IMG/VR virus record: IMGVR_UViG_3300049740_001985
Coordinates: 1 to 26,415 of that record
Reading direction: 5' to 3' (one strand)
DNA length: 26,415 bases
DNA from: a virus
Taxonomy: Duplodnaviria > Caudoviricetes
The notes below the pieces were generated by a model that ran no database searches, was not told the origin of the DNA, and saw only the letters and a list, made by a program, of their open reading frames with translations. The position numbers and the translations under genes are program-made. Below are positions 17,211-26,413 of the stretch, piece after piece (the stretch's first letter is position 1; each line of letters begins with the position of its first letter).

Positions 17211-17949
17211 ATTTTTTTGTTAGTAAAGACCAGCTACTTGATTGATCTGCCATGGAGTTATTAAGTATTGTTGATGTCTTTTTATATAAATCAACACTCT
17301 TATCTCCATAAAATTGTCCAAAGTGTTTTTCAAAATATTTAAAATGTACTGTCGGAGACGGGTGGCCATCCGTTTCGCCTGTAATAAACGTTCTAGTCGA
17401 AGGCTCATTTGTTGTTATCCAAAAATCGTCAATACTTTCTTTAATATCTAAAAATGATTGTAATTTATTAAATTGTTCTAATCTACCTTTGTGAGTATTA
17501 AATTTATTATTATCAAAGTAAATTGCAGGATATATTTTATACGGTACTTTGCATACATCTAAAAATATTTTTATAGTTTCTATTGCACTAACACTACGCC
17601 ATAATGCAAATGACCAGTTATCTATTAAGTTAGCATAACATTTACTAGACTCTGGATGATTAGTACTAGGATTAGGAAATATATCTCCAGTTCTCGTTAG
17701 TTTGAAGTTATTTTTAGATTCTTCTATTAAAGATTCTCTCCCTATACCTGTCACTCCAATAATTATATAATCATCTTTAGTAAAATTAAATTTTTTGTGT
17801 GCTAGGATTACTTCTTTCTGTATTAAAGAATTTGAATTTCCGCCTTGGCCGCAATTATAGTACTCGTCAAAGTTTACTCCAACGAAATCAGCAACAGTGG
17901 GCCAATTCCATCCGGTATAACTGCATCCAAAAGCAAAACAACGTTTCAT
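17170..17949 (-). CDS. SGNH hydrolase-like protein (GCS variant)
   Basis: FAFGCSYT...WPTVAD, NCGQGGNSN and DGHPSP. Confidence 0.65.
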   Translation of the reverse strand: MKRCFAFGCSYTGWNWPTVADFVGVNFDEYYNCGQGGNSNSLIQKEVILAHKKFNFTKDDYIIIGVTGIGRESLIEESKNNFKLTRTGDIFPNPSTNHPESSKCYANLIDNWSFALWRSVSAIETIKIFLDVCKVPYKIYPAIYFDNNKFNTHKGRLEQFNKLQSFLDIKESIDDFWITTNEPSTRTFITGETDGHPSPTVHFKYFEKHFGQFYGDKSVDLYKKTSTILNNSMADQSSSWSLLTKKYGFYREDICKRNF

Positions 17950-18464
17950 TAGTAAAGATTAGGGTATTCTAACATTAGATGCATACCGCCCTTCTCGTAT
18001 GCGTTTTTGTATACATCAAATATCTGTTCGCTAGATGTAAATTCATAAAATGTTGTGTTTGGACACAACGACTTAAATTGTTCAAAATAATTACCCTTAT
18101 GTTGATGTCCGGGATCTAATGGCTCATCGGCGCCCTTGCCTACTCTAATAATAACTGTAGCTGTGCTTCCTGTCATTAGTTCATACTTATCTATATGATT
18201 AACAAGTTGATTTGTTGCACTTATTAAGAAGTCCCATCTAGGATAAATGGTAACTACTTTCATTCCGGTCATTGCCATACCTAAACTTATCCCCATTTGA
18301 ACTTCTTCCATTACTGGGGTTTCTATCATTTTATCTTTGCTGACATTATCGAGCGTAGCACTCATTGGGTTACCAGGAAAAACAATTTGTTGTCCAATAA
18401 ACTTTGTATCATCTTTATTGCCTAAAAAGGTCATTGCCTTTGTTAGTTCTTCTTTATAACTCAT
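17949..18464 (-). CDS. TPP-dependent dehydrogenase E1 beta / transketolase pyrimidine-binding subunit (short form)
   Basis: YKEELTKAM, FIGQ, IETPVMEEVQMGISLGMAMTG, DFLISATNQLVN and GHQH. ATG 18464 is preferred. Confidence 0.85.
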   Translation of the reverse strand: MSYKEELTKAMTFLGNKDDTKFIGQQIVFPGNPMSATLDNVSKDKMIETPVMEEVQMGISLGMAMTGMKVVTIYPRWDFLISATNQLVNHIDKYELMTGSTATVIIRVGKGADEPLDPGHQHKGNYFEQFKSLCPNTTFYEFTSSEQIFDVYKNAYEKGGMHLMLEYPNLY

Positions 18465-19371
18465 TTTGATAAATTCCTTGTTGTATGTCAATATGTAGTA
18501 ACGGCGAAAACGACGGTAAATTAGTAAACGGTTGTAACAAATTTCTGTCTTCTATGGTTTTAATAATGTTTTCAGCCATTACATGATGGCACAACATCGA
18601 TGGATGATCATCTAAGGGCGGTTGACTAAAATAGTCATAATCAGATCGTATTGTTAATTCTTGGTTACCAGGTTGATTTTCGTCCATCATGTCTGCCATG
18701 CTCTGGTATTCTGTTCCTTTATAAGTCAGTGTCATTAACCGTTCATTCATCCAAGGATTATTTCTAATCCATTCTAAATTTTCATTTGGCCATGATAGTA
18801 ACAGTGTAGGTATACCCTTATCTTCACAAGTGCGTAAAAAATGTTCTATAGGTCTTAGACTATAATCAATATACCATTTTACATAATCATCAGGTGTTTT
18901 AATATCATGTATCTTCATAAAACGTTTTAATTTAGGAATATCATTGTACAATTCATTAAAAGCAATACCTGGTCCTTCAAAAGCAATACAATCTCTATGA
19001 GGTTGAGTAAGTTGCATTACTACTAAACCAATATCTTCTAAAGGAATATCTGTCCTTCCATGTCCATCCACAAAATTAGTATTACTAAAAAAACAGGTAT
19101 TCCACCACTTTAAAATACTCTGATGACTGCCGCCATTAACTCTATCTACTATTTCTGATGTATTAAAATAATTTGCAACTAGTCTTGGGAATCTCATTCT
19201 TGCAGCATGTTCAATTTGAGTATGATTTACTAATTTATGATCGTAAGTGTTCCATGGTTGTTCAAGTATACTCGGAAGTCCTGTGTAATAATAAAGACCT
19301 TGTCCCCAGGTAAAACTACATCCTGCAAATAAAATGGATTTATTTATTTTTTCGTTTTTTAGTTTTATCAC
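18454..19371 (-). CDS. SGNH hydrolase-like protein (GCS variant)
   Basis: LFAGCSFTWGQGL, NGGSH, QLTQPHR and DDHPSMLCH. GTG start with AAGGAG upstream. Confidence 0.65.
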   Translation of the reverse strand: MIKLKNEKINKSILFAGCSFTWGQGLYYYTGLPSILEQPWNTYDHKLVNHTQIEHAARMRFPRLVANYFNTSEIVDRVNGGSHQSILKWWNTCFFSNTNFVDGHGRTDIPLEDIGLVVMQLTQPHRDCIAFEGPGIAFNELYNDIPKLKRFMKIHDIKTPDDYVKWYIDYSLRPIEHFLRTCEDKGIPTLLLSWPNENLEWIRNNPWMNERLMTLTYKGTEYQSMADMMDENQPGNQELTIRSDYDYFSQPPLDDHPSMLCHHVMAENIIKTIEDRNLLQPFTNLPSFSPLLHIDIQQGIYQNEL

Positions 19372-19786
19372 TTTGTTCTCCTTTTGGCCAACTTATTTCC
19401 CAGTCATCAAATTCAGCAGCAAGGCAATCAACTTTATAATCCTTACGTCCACCAATTACTTCTTGTATAATATTTTTTGATGTATTACGAATTCCATTTA
19501 ATCCGTGAGTAAGTTCAAGATTTCCTTCTTTAAGACCTCGTCGAAAATTAGATTCATTTTGCCAAATATGTAAATTCATTTGGGCGCAAACTATTATTGC
19601 TCTAATTGTTTCTGCTGTAAGCACTGCATCAGACTCATCTAATATAAGCTGTACATCATGCACAATATCGTCTATCTCTTGTGCATACTCGTTTTTATAC
19701 TCTGGAATAAAAACTTCTTTTAATTGTACAATAGACAATCTGTCGATTAGTTCGCTCAATGTTTGTAAATATCTTCTCTGTTTCAT
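19340..19786 (-). CDS. Helical hypothetical protein (possibly DUF4254-like)
   Basis: TLSELIDRLSIVQLKE...NLHIWQNE...NGIRN. Coupled to both neighbours. The family call is tentative. Confidence 0.5.
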   Translation of the reverse strand: MKQRRYLQTLSELIDRLSIVQLKEVFIPEYKNEYAQEIDDIVHDVQLILDESDAVLTAETIRAIIVCAQMNLHIWQNESNFRRGLKEGNLELTHGLNGIRNTSKNIIQEVIGGRKDYKVDCLAAEFDDWEISWPKGEQSDKTKKRKNK

Positions 19787-20718
19787 AAGTTTGTAAAAGT
19801 CCTATTGTTGTGTGTAATAACTAATTGATATGCTTGTATTAGCTGTTGTATTCCATAATCAAGATTGTATATTGGTTTCCATCCTAAACTTTCAACCTTA
19901 TCGTTACTTACGATATAATTGCGTTTGTCAAAGTCTTGCTTAAACTCGTTTTGATTAATTACTAAGTCAGGTATGTATTCCTTAATCTTTTCTGCAAGTT
20001 CAAGTTTACTAAGATTAGCAGTAGATAATCCTACATTGTATGCTTGACCTCTTGCTGTATCATAGTTATCTATCATAAACTCAAATACTCTTGCTATATC
20101 TTGGACATGAATATAATTTCTTTTAAAGTGCGCTTCAAACAAAACTAAGTATCCGTCTACCACTGATTTATATACAAAGTCATTAACAAGCAAATCTTGA
20201 CGCATCCTTGGGCTTACTCCAAAAACTGTTGCTAATCTTAAAGCAATCCCGCCTTTATCTAATACAGCATCCTCAGCATCACATTTTGTTTTTGCATATA
20301 GCGATAGTGGCTTAAACGGACTTTCTTCGGTTATAATTTCATCACTCGATCCGTATTGACTATTTGTATTCGGGATAATTAATCGTTGATTACTGCTAAG
20401 TACTTCTTGAATATCTACAAGTTGGGTATAATTTACCTCTACAGTTAGTGTAGGATTTGCTTCACAAGCAGGCATTCCTACAATAGCAGCAAGGGGAATA
20501 ATTGCATCATGTTGTTGTACTAAAGTTTGTAATAGTTCTTTGTTTCTAACATCGCCTTTAACAAATTTAAAGCCTTTGTGCTTAAATAAATGCAGTATGC
20601 TTAGTTGTTTATAAAGTAAATTATCAAGTACTGTTACTTCGTATCCTTTATTCAACAAATACTCTGCTGCTGTAGACCCCAAATATCCTGCGCCGCCTGT
20701 TATTAATACTTTTAACAT
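19783..20718 (-). CDS. NAD-dependent NDP-sugar epimerase/dehydratase/reductase (extended SDR)
   Basis: LITGGAGYLG, GDVR, LAAIVG, YAKTK (YxxxK) and LRLATVFG. Confidence 0.92.
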   Translation of the reverse strand: MLKVLITGGAGYLGSTAAEYLLNKGYEVTVLDNLLYKQLSILHLFKHKGFKFVKGDVRNKELLQTLVQQHDAIIPLAAIVGMPACEANPTLTVEVNYTQLVDIQEVLSSNQRLIIPNTNSQYGSSDEIITEESPFKPLSLYAKTKCDAEDAVLDKGGIALRLATVFGVSPRMRQDLLVNDFVYKSVVDGYLVLFEAHFKRNYIHVQDIARVFEFMIDNYDTARGQAYNVGLSTANLSKLELAEKIKEYIPDLVINQNEFKQDFDKRNYIVSNDKVESLGWKPIYNLDYGIQQLIQAYQLVITHNNRTFTNL

Positions 20719-22221
20719 TTATTGTCCTAACAATCTTCTTTTTAATTTTTTTGATCTAGTGTTCTTAAGCTGATCTACAGCTACACTACCAAACCTCGTT
20801 GATAAAAATCTTTCGTACTCTGGTAACCCGTTATAATGATCCCATGCATAATCTCTAAACTTTAAAACTTCTGCTGCTGACAAATATTCTGTAGGTAAAT
20901 TCTGTGTTTCATATGAATGTTGAGAATAACCTACATAATCTGTCGGTAGTTCTATACTATTTTCTTTTGCTTGTCTATATAATGGTGATCCAGGATACGC
21001 CATTGCACAATAAAAGCTAGCCATTTCGGTTAAGTTTTCTTTAGCAAATTGTAATGTATTTTCCATGCTTTCATGTGTGTCGCCCGGCAAGCCAAATATG
21101 TAATTACCAGCAACGTTTATATCATGGGACTGAATGTTTTTAATTAAATCTGTAACATTAACATCAGCAAAGCCCTCTTTATGAATTTTTTTACGAGCTT
21201 CTACATCAGGATTTTCAATTCCTAAAGCTAACCATTTTACCCCAGCACGCCGCAGTGTCTCAAGATGTTGAGGTCTGCAAGTATCGACTCTAGCATATGC
21301 CCATATATTGAAGTCATAACCTCTTTCTATAATCAATTCACAAATTCTATTAAAGTGCCTAGGGTTTAACACAAATAGTTCATCAGCAAATTTTATATTT
21401 TTTACACCACGAATCGCTAATTCATCAAGTTGACTAATTGTAAACTCCGGAGACCAATATCTAAAACCGTTCATTTCTGAACTATCTAGTTGATTATTAT
21501 CGGACCTATTAATAACATTAATCATGCAAAAGGAACACTTATAAGGACATCCTAAACTAGTATAGATTGCAGCAAAGGGTTCTTTAATAGAATTATTTGA
21601 CCAACTATGCCAACCAGCTGTCCTATAACCCGATGTAGGATCTAGTTTATTCCAATTTATTCCTGGTAAAAAAGTTTCTAAGTCGCTTTTAGGAATCGGC
21701 ATTGATGCAGGGTTATGGTAAATTTCTCCATCTTGTCGATAAGCAATTCCATTAACGTATGGCAGAGCTGACTCAACACTATCAGCTTTTCCTAGATCGT
21801 GTAATGCTCGAACGCCTTCATTAGTAAAAACTACATCGATAAAATTATGTGCAGAAATTGTTTCAATCGGTAATGCACTTACATGACCGCCTACAAATCC
21901 TATCTTAATATTAGGATCTATATCTCTTAATAATTCAGCAACTTCTATTGCTCCGGTCATATTTTGCGAAGAAGCACTTGGTTGTGCTCCATAAACAACA
22001 AAAACTGCCATTTCACATTTAGAGTCTTGTATCCTTGCCGCTGATTGTTCTGCAGTCAATCCTAAGACTTCGCAATCTAATATTTCTGTTCCTATACCTG
22101 CTGTTGATAAACTATTTTCTAAGAGTCCTGCCCAAATAGGTGTCTCCATAGCACTATCGGATGATGCTAAAGACTGAAATACTCTTTTTGCAGAATTTGC
22201 ATGAATAAGCAAAAATTTCAT
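20719..22221 (-). CDS. Cobalamin-dependent radical SAM enzyme (class B methyltransferase/BchE-like)
   Basis: VGGHVSALP, NEG, TSLGCPYKCSFC, FADELF, WAYARVD, LGIE and YIFGLPGDT. Confidence 0.92.
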   Translation of the reverse strand: MKFLLIHANSAKRVFQSLASSDSAMETPIWAGLLENSLSTAGIGTEILDCEVLGLTAEQSAARIQDSKCEMAVFVVYGAQPSASSQNMTGAIEVAELLRDIDPNIKIGFVGGHVSALPIETISAHNFIDVVFTNEGVRALHDLGKADSVESALPYVNGIAYRQDGEIYHNPASMPIPKSDLETFLPGINWNKLDPTSGYRTAGWHSWSNNSIKEPFAAIYTSLGCPYKCSFCMINVINRSDNNQLDSSEMNGFRYWSPEFTISQLDELAIRGVKNIKFADELFVLNPRHFNRICELIIERGYDFNIWAYARVDTCRPQHLETLRRAGVKWLALGIENPDVEARKKIHKEGFADVNVTDLIKNIQSHDINVAGNYIFGLPGDTHESMENTLQFAKENLTEMASFYCAMAYPGSPLYRQAKENSIELPTDYVGYSQHSYETQNLPTEYLSAAEVLKFRDYAWDHYNGLPEYERFLSTRFGSVAVDQLKNTRSKKLKRRLLGQ

Positions 22222-23534
22222 TACCGATATAGATCCTCAATTTTTTCAAATAATTCTATATAAGGATTAGTATCTATAAAAGTTTTAAGATGCTCTTGAT
22301 TATATAAAAGTATATCCTTACAATTATAATACAGATCATGCATTGTGTCAAGAGGCATATTACCTAATCTTACAATTTCTTTCATCATTAATTGAACACG
22401 CTTCTTTTTATTGTCTTCTCTAGTGTATGCTTCGTCAATGTACGGTTCAAAAGTTTTAAAACCTAATTCATGCAATAATTGTATTGCACCGATATTTCCG
22501 TAGTGTATAAACGGATGTAAATTTACAAATGGTCTAAATGTTTTTTCAGAATTAAAAGGATAATCGTTATTGATAAAATCTGTTTCAGATACAATACTCA
22601 CATAACTATCAGTATACCACTGCTTGTTAGTTTGGTTTGACGGAAATCCTGTTTTATCATTAAAATGATTAGTGTCAAGTTCTATTGGAATCATTGCATT
22701 AGCTTTATCGATTATATCCTTAGGCATATCAGCACCGTAATGTTCATAAAGCCAATTTTGTACAATATCTGTTTCTTCCTGCATAGGTGAAATAAAACTT
22801 GCTAAACTTTTTTCTAATAAGCCTGTACGTACTAATTCGTACAATAGATAATATCTATGCTTTCGATTTGCCCTGTTTAAAGTTAAGAAATGTTTACTAC
22901 GTTTAGATCCATCTAGATCTGCCTCTCTTACTATATCAGCAGTATAATTTAGACTACCGACAAACGGAAAGTTCATCATTTCTTTTGCACTTTCGTGTGC
23001 AAAGAACGTTGAACTTTCAATAACATGCATCTCTGTATTTTTTTGAATATTGCCAGCAACCATAATTAAGTTTTTTAAATCCATTCCGTAAGATCTAAAA
23101 TAGTCTTCTATCTCTCGTATACCATCTAACATAATTGGATCATGAGTAAGATTAATTATAATTTTAACTTTTCCTGATAGAATTAAATTGCGCATCTTAG
23201 TTGACAATGTATCCATAAGAGAGTAATGAATATTAGTATTTTTTGTATAACTGCCCTTCCATAAAACTTCAAAATGCAAGATTTCTAAAGGAAATAAGTA
23301 AGTTTCGTTGTCGTTAATATCTACTTCATCTGGGCTTACTTGTTTTAATAGTCCTGGTTTAATTGTATATCGATGAAAGTTGTCGTGCCATCTAAAAGAT
23401 ACACCAACAGTCTCTTCTACTCTTTTCCTAATTTCTTCTTCATTAAAAAGATTAGAAATTTCATATAAACAGGACTGATGTAACCCATTAGGTAATGCAA
23501 TTCCATTTACCCATTTATCAAAAACAACTTTCAT
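22221..23534 (-). CDS. Putative glycosyltransferase-like protein (phage family), paralog A
   Basis: FLTLNRANRKHR...SIVSET...SEKTFRPF..HPF...LGFKTF..YIDEAY. The C-terminal pattern is reminiscent of GT-B (GT10/GT47-like) proteins. Confidence 0.5.
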   Translation of the reverse strand: MKVVFDKWVNGIALPNGLHQSCLYEISNLFNEEEIRKRVEETVGVSFRWHDNFHRYTIKPGLLKQVSPDEVDINDNETYLFPLEILHFEVLWKGSYTKNTNIHYSLMDTLSTKMRNLILSGKVKIIINLTHDPIMLDGIREIEDYFRSYGMDLKNLIMVAGNIQKNTEMHVIESSTFFAHESAKEMMNFPFVGSLNYTADIVREADLDGSKRSKHFLTLNRANRKHRYYLLYELVRTGLLEKSLASFISPMQEETDIVQNWLYEHYGADMPKDIIDKANAMIPIELDTNHFNDKTGFPSNQTNKQWYTDSYVSIVSETDFINNDYPFNSEKTFRPFVNLHPFIHYGNIGAIQLLHELGFKTFEPYIDEAYTREDNKKKRVQLMMKEIVRLGNMPLDTMHDLYYNCKDILLYNQEHLKTFIDTNPYIELFEKIEDLYR

Positions 23535-24164
23535 TTAGAAAACTACCCATTTACCAGTACCGTAATGAGGATATTTAGATTTATAGTTGTAATGTATAAC
23601 ATCATCAGGTAAATCTCTTGTTTTATTCCAAGTTGCTACAGTTGGAGTTCTTGTACTAACTTCGTTATCTTCTACTACAAAATATAATGGTAGATCAAAA
23701 TTACGTGCGTACTTATGAACTTCATAAAATAACCCAGTTTCAAAACACATATCTCCTATAAAACACCAAACTTTATCATCAGTTCCTTTATCTTTGATAG
23801 ATTTAGCAACACCTAATGCTATTGAAAGAGGTCCACCGACTATTGCACTACTATAGAATCTTTCATCAATGCTACATACTGTAATAGATTTACCATCGAG
23901 TATTTCTTGTTCTATCCAGTTAGGACTTAGACCTTTTAACAAAGCATGATAATGACTACGCCATGTAGAAAATACCCAGTCACTTGTTTTAATTCTTTTA
24001 AATATTTCTATCAACGGATCTTCATTACCATTACTTAAATGTACTGGTCCTCTAATTCTAGCACCTTCCCAGTGGTCAATTATCTTATCTTCAAATTCAA
24101 TAAGCATTTCAGGAGTATACCCTGAATCTCGAACTATCGGATATTGTTCTATGTTTTTAATCAT
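23535..24164 (-). CDS. TPP-dependent dehydrogenase E1 alpha-like subunit (short form)
   Basis: GPVHLSNGNE, STWRSHYHAL, SAIVGG, and TPP motif variant GDM...VVEDN. Confidence 0.88.
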   Translation of the reverse strand: MIKNIEQYPIVRDSGYTPEMLIEFEDKIIDHWEGARIRGPVHLSNGNEDPLIEIFKRIKTSDWVFSTWRSHYHALLKGLSPNWIEQEILDGKSITVCSIDERFYSSAIVGGPLSIALGVAKSIKDKGTDDKVWCFIGDMCFETGLFYEVHKYARNFDLPLYFVVEDNEVSTRTPTVATWNKTRDLPDDVIHYNYKSKYPHYGTGKWVVF

Positions 24165-24703
24165 TATCTATCTCTTTCTTGCAATATTGGATTATTTGTA
24201 GGCCATTCCATATGAAACTTTGCATAATTAATTACTCCCTGTGCAGTTTCATTAACATATTCCCCTGCATAAAACAAATTATAATGAAATATACAATCAG
24301 TAAGTGCATAATGTCCATTTGCAAATCCCGGCGGAATAAGAACTTGATGTCTTGTCTTTTCTGAAATTATATATTGTTCCCACTTTCCGTACGTAGGACT
24401 ATTTTTTCTTATATCCAATACAACTAAATAAATTTCTCCTACTAATGCTTGCACTAACTTATATGTTTCAAAGTCATAGTGCAATCCACGTAAAACATTT
24501 TTGTAAGATTTACTAAATCTAGAATGTATTGCACATCCTTCTGGTATTAAATCATTTACCGGATGATATTGATTATGATATGTAGTAAAAATTTCACCTC
24601 TATATTCTCTAAATACCGAAGGCGAATATATCGGAACTTCTTTATCAAACGTGTTTAGGTAAGATACATTCCATTCATTCCATTTTTGATCTTTATAGCT
24701 CAT
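24164..24703 (-). CDS. rmlC: dTDP-4-dehydrorhamnose 3,5-epimerase family protein
   Basis: YRGEIF, VLRGLHY, KLV, VVLDIRKNSPTYGKW, IPPGFANG and PILQERD. Confidence 0.88.
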   Translation of the reverse strand: MSYKDQKWNEWNVSYLNTFDKEVPIYSPSVFREYRGEIFTTYHNQYHPVNDLIPEGCAIHSRFSKSYKNVLRGLHYDFETYKLVQALVGEIYLVVLDIRKNSPTYGKWEQYIISEKTRHQVLIPPGFANGHYALTDCIFHYNLFYAGEYVNETAQGVINYAKFHMEWPTNNPILQERDR

Positions 24704-26069
24704 TTGTTTTTGCTTTCAAAAAATTTACAAAGTCTTTAGTTAAAGGTTCTGACTCGTGAATCTTTATTAAGTGCTCTCTATTGTGTTCTAAAATATCTTG
24801 CATTTCCCAGTACCATGTATATATTTCATCTTCGGACATTTCGCATAGTCGTTTGACTTCTGCAACTATCATTTTTAAACGCTTATGTGCAACTTTTTCA
24901 TTATCATACGACTCGTCTATCCAAGGACTAAAAGTTTTAAATCCTAAATCTCTTAGATGCTGTAATGCGCCTTTGAAAGAAAAGAAAAAGAAAGGATGAT
25001 AGTTTCCTATCGGTTTAAAAACTTTTTCAGTTAATGATTTATGATCTCCATGATAGTATGTTTCTGTGCATATATAAAAATAACTATTTCTATAAGGTTC
25101 TCTTGTTCGATCAGTCCATGCACTTACAGTATTCATAGTAGTATCAGGCTCGTCAGCAAGTTTTTTCGGGAATAAATTAATCAATGATTCTGTTTCGACA
25201 TCGTAATCTAAACTCCATTCAATCTTAACATGTTTTAACATTGCATCATTTAGCGAGGTTTTTTCAGATAGATAACTCCAATCACCTTGATCTAAAATTT
25301 GTTCAGAATATAACGAATAAAGAAGTGCTTGTCGATGATTTCTGGGACTTTTTATTTTCATTAAAAATCTAAAAGGACGTTTTCTACTTTTTTCTAACTC
25401 AGAATTCCATCGACCAGTGTTCGAGTAATATTTACTACTATTCCACATAACAAACGGCCAATCACGCACTTGAATCTTTCTTTCGTGAGGTTCAAACCAT
25501 TCATCATATATTTTATGACCATTGTGTGTATTAAATACTAAAATAATTTGACTCGGTGGAATATAAGATGATTCTAAACATTTATGTAAATTTTCATATT
25601 CGTGCTTTTCGATAAAATTTTCCTGAGCTAAATCTAAAATTATAGTACATTTTTTGTTTCGGGCATCTTCTAGTGCTTCTTGAGACATGTACTTCCAAAA
25701 ATAATTACCATTAAGTTTTGAGAATTGCTTAACTCCATGTGCTGCAAACTGATCTAGATGCGGACTTATTTTAACAACATAAAAATAATGGTTACATTTT
25801 TGTTTTCCTTCTAACAACGAAGTATGTTTTATATAAGTAACTTCTTCTAATGCATTTAAATTTGTTACTGTCCAACTGTTAGGCCAGTCCCCTAATTGAT
25901 TGTTAAACATCTGTCTACTAATATTAGATTCGCTAGGATCAGTATAAGCATTAAATCCATTGCTTGTATTATGCTGAGAATGCATATAATTCAGTATAGC
26001 ATGATTACTTTCTAAAGCATTAGGTAAAAAATATCCTGGAAAAACATAGTCATACAAAAAGTATATCAT
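24693..26069 (-). CDS. Putative glycosyltransferase-like protein (phage family), paralog B
   Basis: PRNHR...YICTET...LTEKVFKPI..HPF...LGFKTFSPWIDESYD. ATG 26069 is in an ATGA overlap with the upstream stop. Confidence 0.5.
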   Translation of the reverse strand: MIYFLYDYVFPGYFLPNALESNHAILNYMHSQHNTSNGFNAYTDPSESNISRQMFNNQLGDWPNSWTVTNLNALEEVTYIKHTSLLEGKQKCNHYFYVVKISPHLDQFAAHGVKQFSKLNGNYFWKYMSQEALEDARNKKCTIILDLAQENFIEKHEYENLHKCLESSYIPPSQIILVFNTHNGHKIYDEWFEPHERKIQVRDWPFVMWNSSKYYSNTGRWNSELEKSRKRPFRFLMKIKSPRNHRQALLYSLYSEQILDQGDWSYLSEKTSLNDAMLKHVKIEWSLDYDVETESLINLFPKKLADEPDTTMNTVSAWTDRTREPYRNSYFYICTETYYHGDHKSLTEKVFKPIGNYHPFFFFSFKGALQHLRDLGFKTFSPWIDESYDNEKVAHKRLKMIVAEVKRLCEMSEDEIYTWYWEMQDILEHNREHLIKIHESEPLTKDFVNFLKAKTNEL

Positions 26070-26413
26070 ATAGTAGCTTTCCATTTACGATATTCTTCTT
26101 CCATTTCAGGAAATGTTTTAAGAAAATTAGTTCCTCGTCGTCTATCGTGCTCATCAACAAATCTAATTAAATTTTTTCTATGATTAATTACATGAGGTTT
26201 TGTTTCATGCTCTTCATCAATGTATGTTGTTATTTCATATATACGTCTAAACTTTTCAGCTTCCCAATTAAAGAATTTCCTATTCGCTGATTCGTACCAG
26301 CCATTGTTTTCTATATTATCGTATACTAAAGAAACTTGATCGTATATATAGCTTCTAAATTTTGCAGGCATAATATCAACTGCTTGATATCCCGGATGTC
26401 TCAAATAAGGAAC
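26066..26413 (-). CDS. C-terminal part of a larger protein, probably a phage radical SAM enzyme (5' end outside window)
   Basis: The frame stays open to the window edge (VPYLRHP...). The tail FVDEHDRRRGTNFLKTFPEM resembles C-termini of phage radical SAM proteins. No CX3CX2C is visible in the window. Confidence 0.55.
   Translation of the reverse strand, partial: VPYLRHPGYQAVDIMPAKFRSYIYDQVSLVYDNIENNGWYESANRKFFNWEAEKFRRIYEITTYIDEEHETKPHVINHRKNLIRFVDEHDRRRGTNFLKTFPEMEEEYRKWKATI

Noticed and set aside
17949-18464. Pseudogene interpretation of the short E1 beta
   Set aside because: It has a clean TAATG coupling to the next gene, no downstream remnant of the C-terminal domain, and alpha is similarly compact.
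17949-24164. Pyruvate dehydrogenase as an auxiliary metabolic gene
   Set aside because: The subunits are too short, E2 and E3 are absent, and the context is sugar biosynthesis.
13716-24999. Short ORFs 13716-13937, 14098-14316, 14126-14326, 14765-14971, 15046-15228, 16556-16789, 17220-17408, 24179-24364 and 24781-24999
   Set aside because: They are nested in or antisense to motif-bearing CDSs, with no independent evidence.
26066-26404. Standalone 112-aa gene starting at TTG 26404
   Set aside because: The frame stays open to the window edge, so it is more likely the tail of a longer gene.
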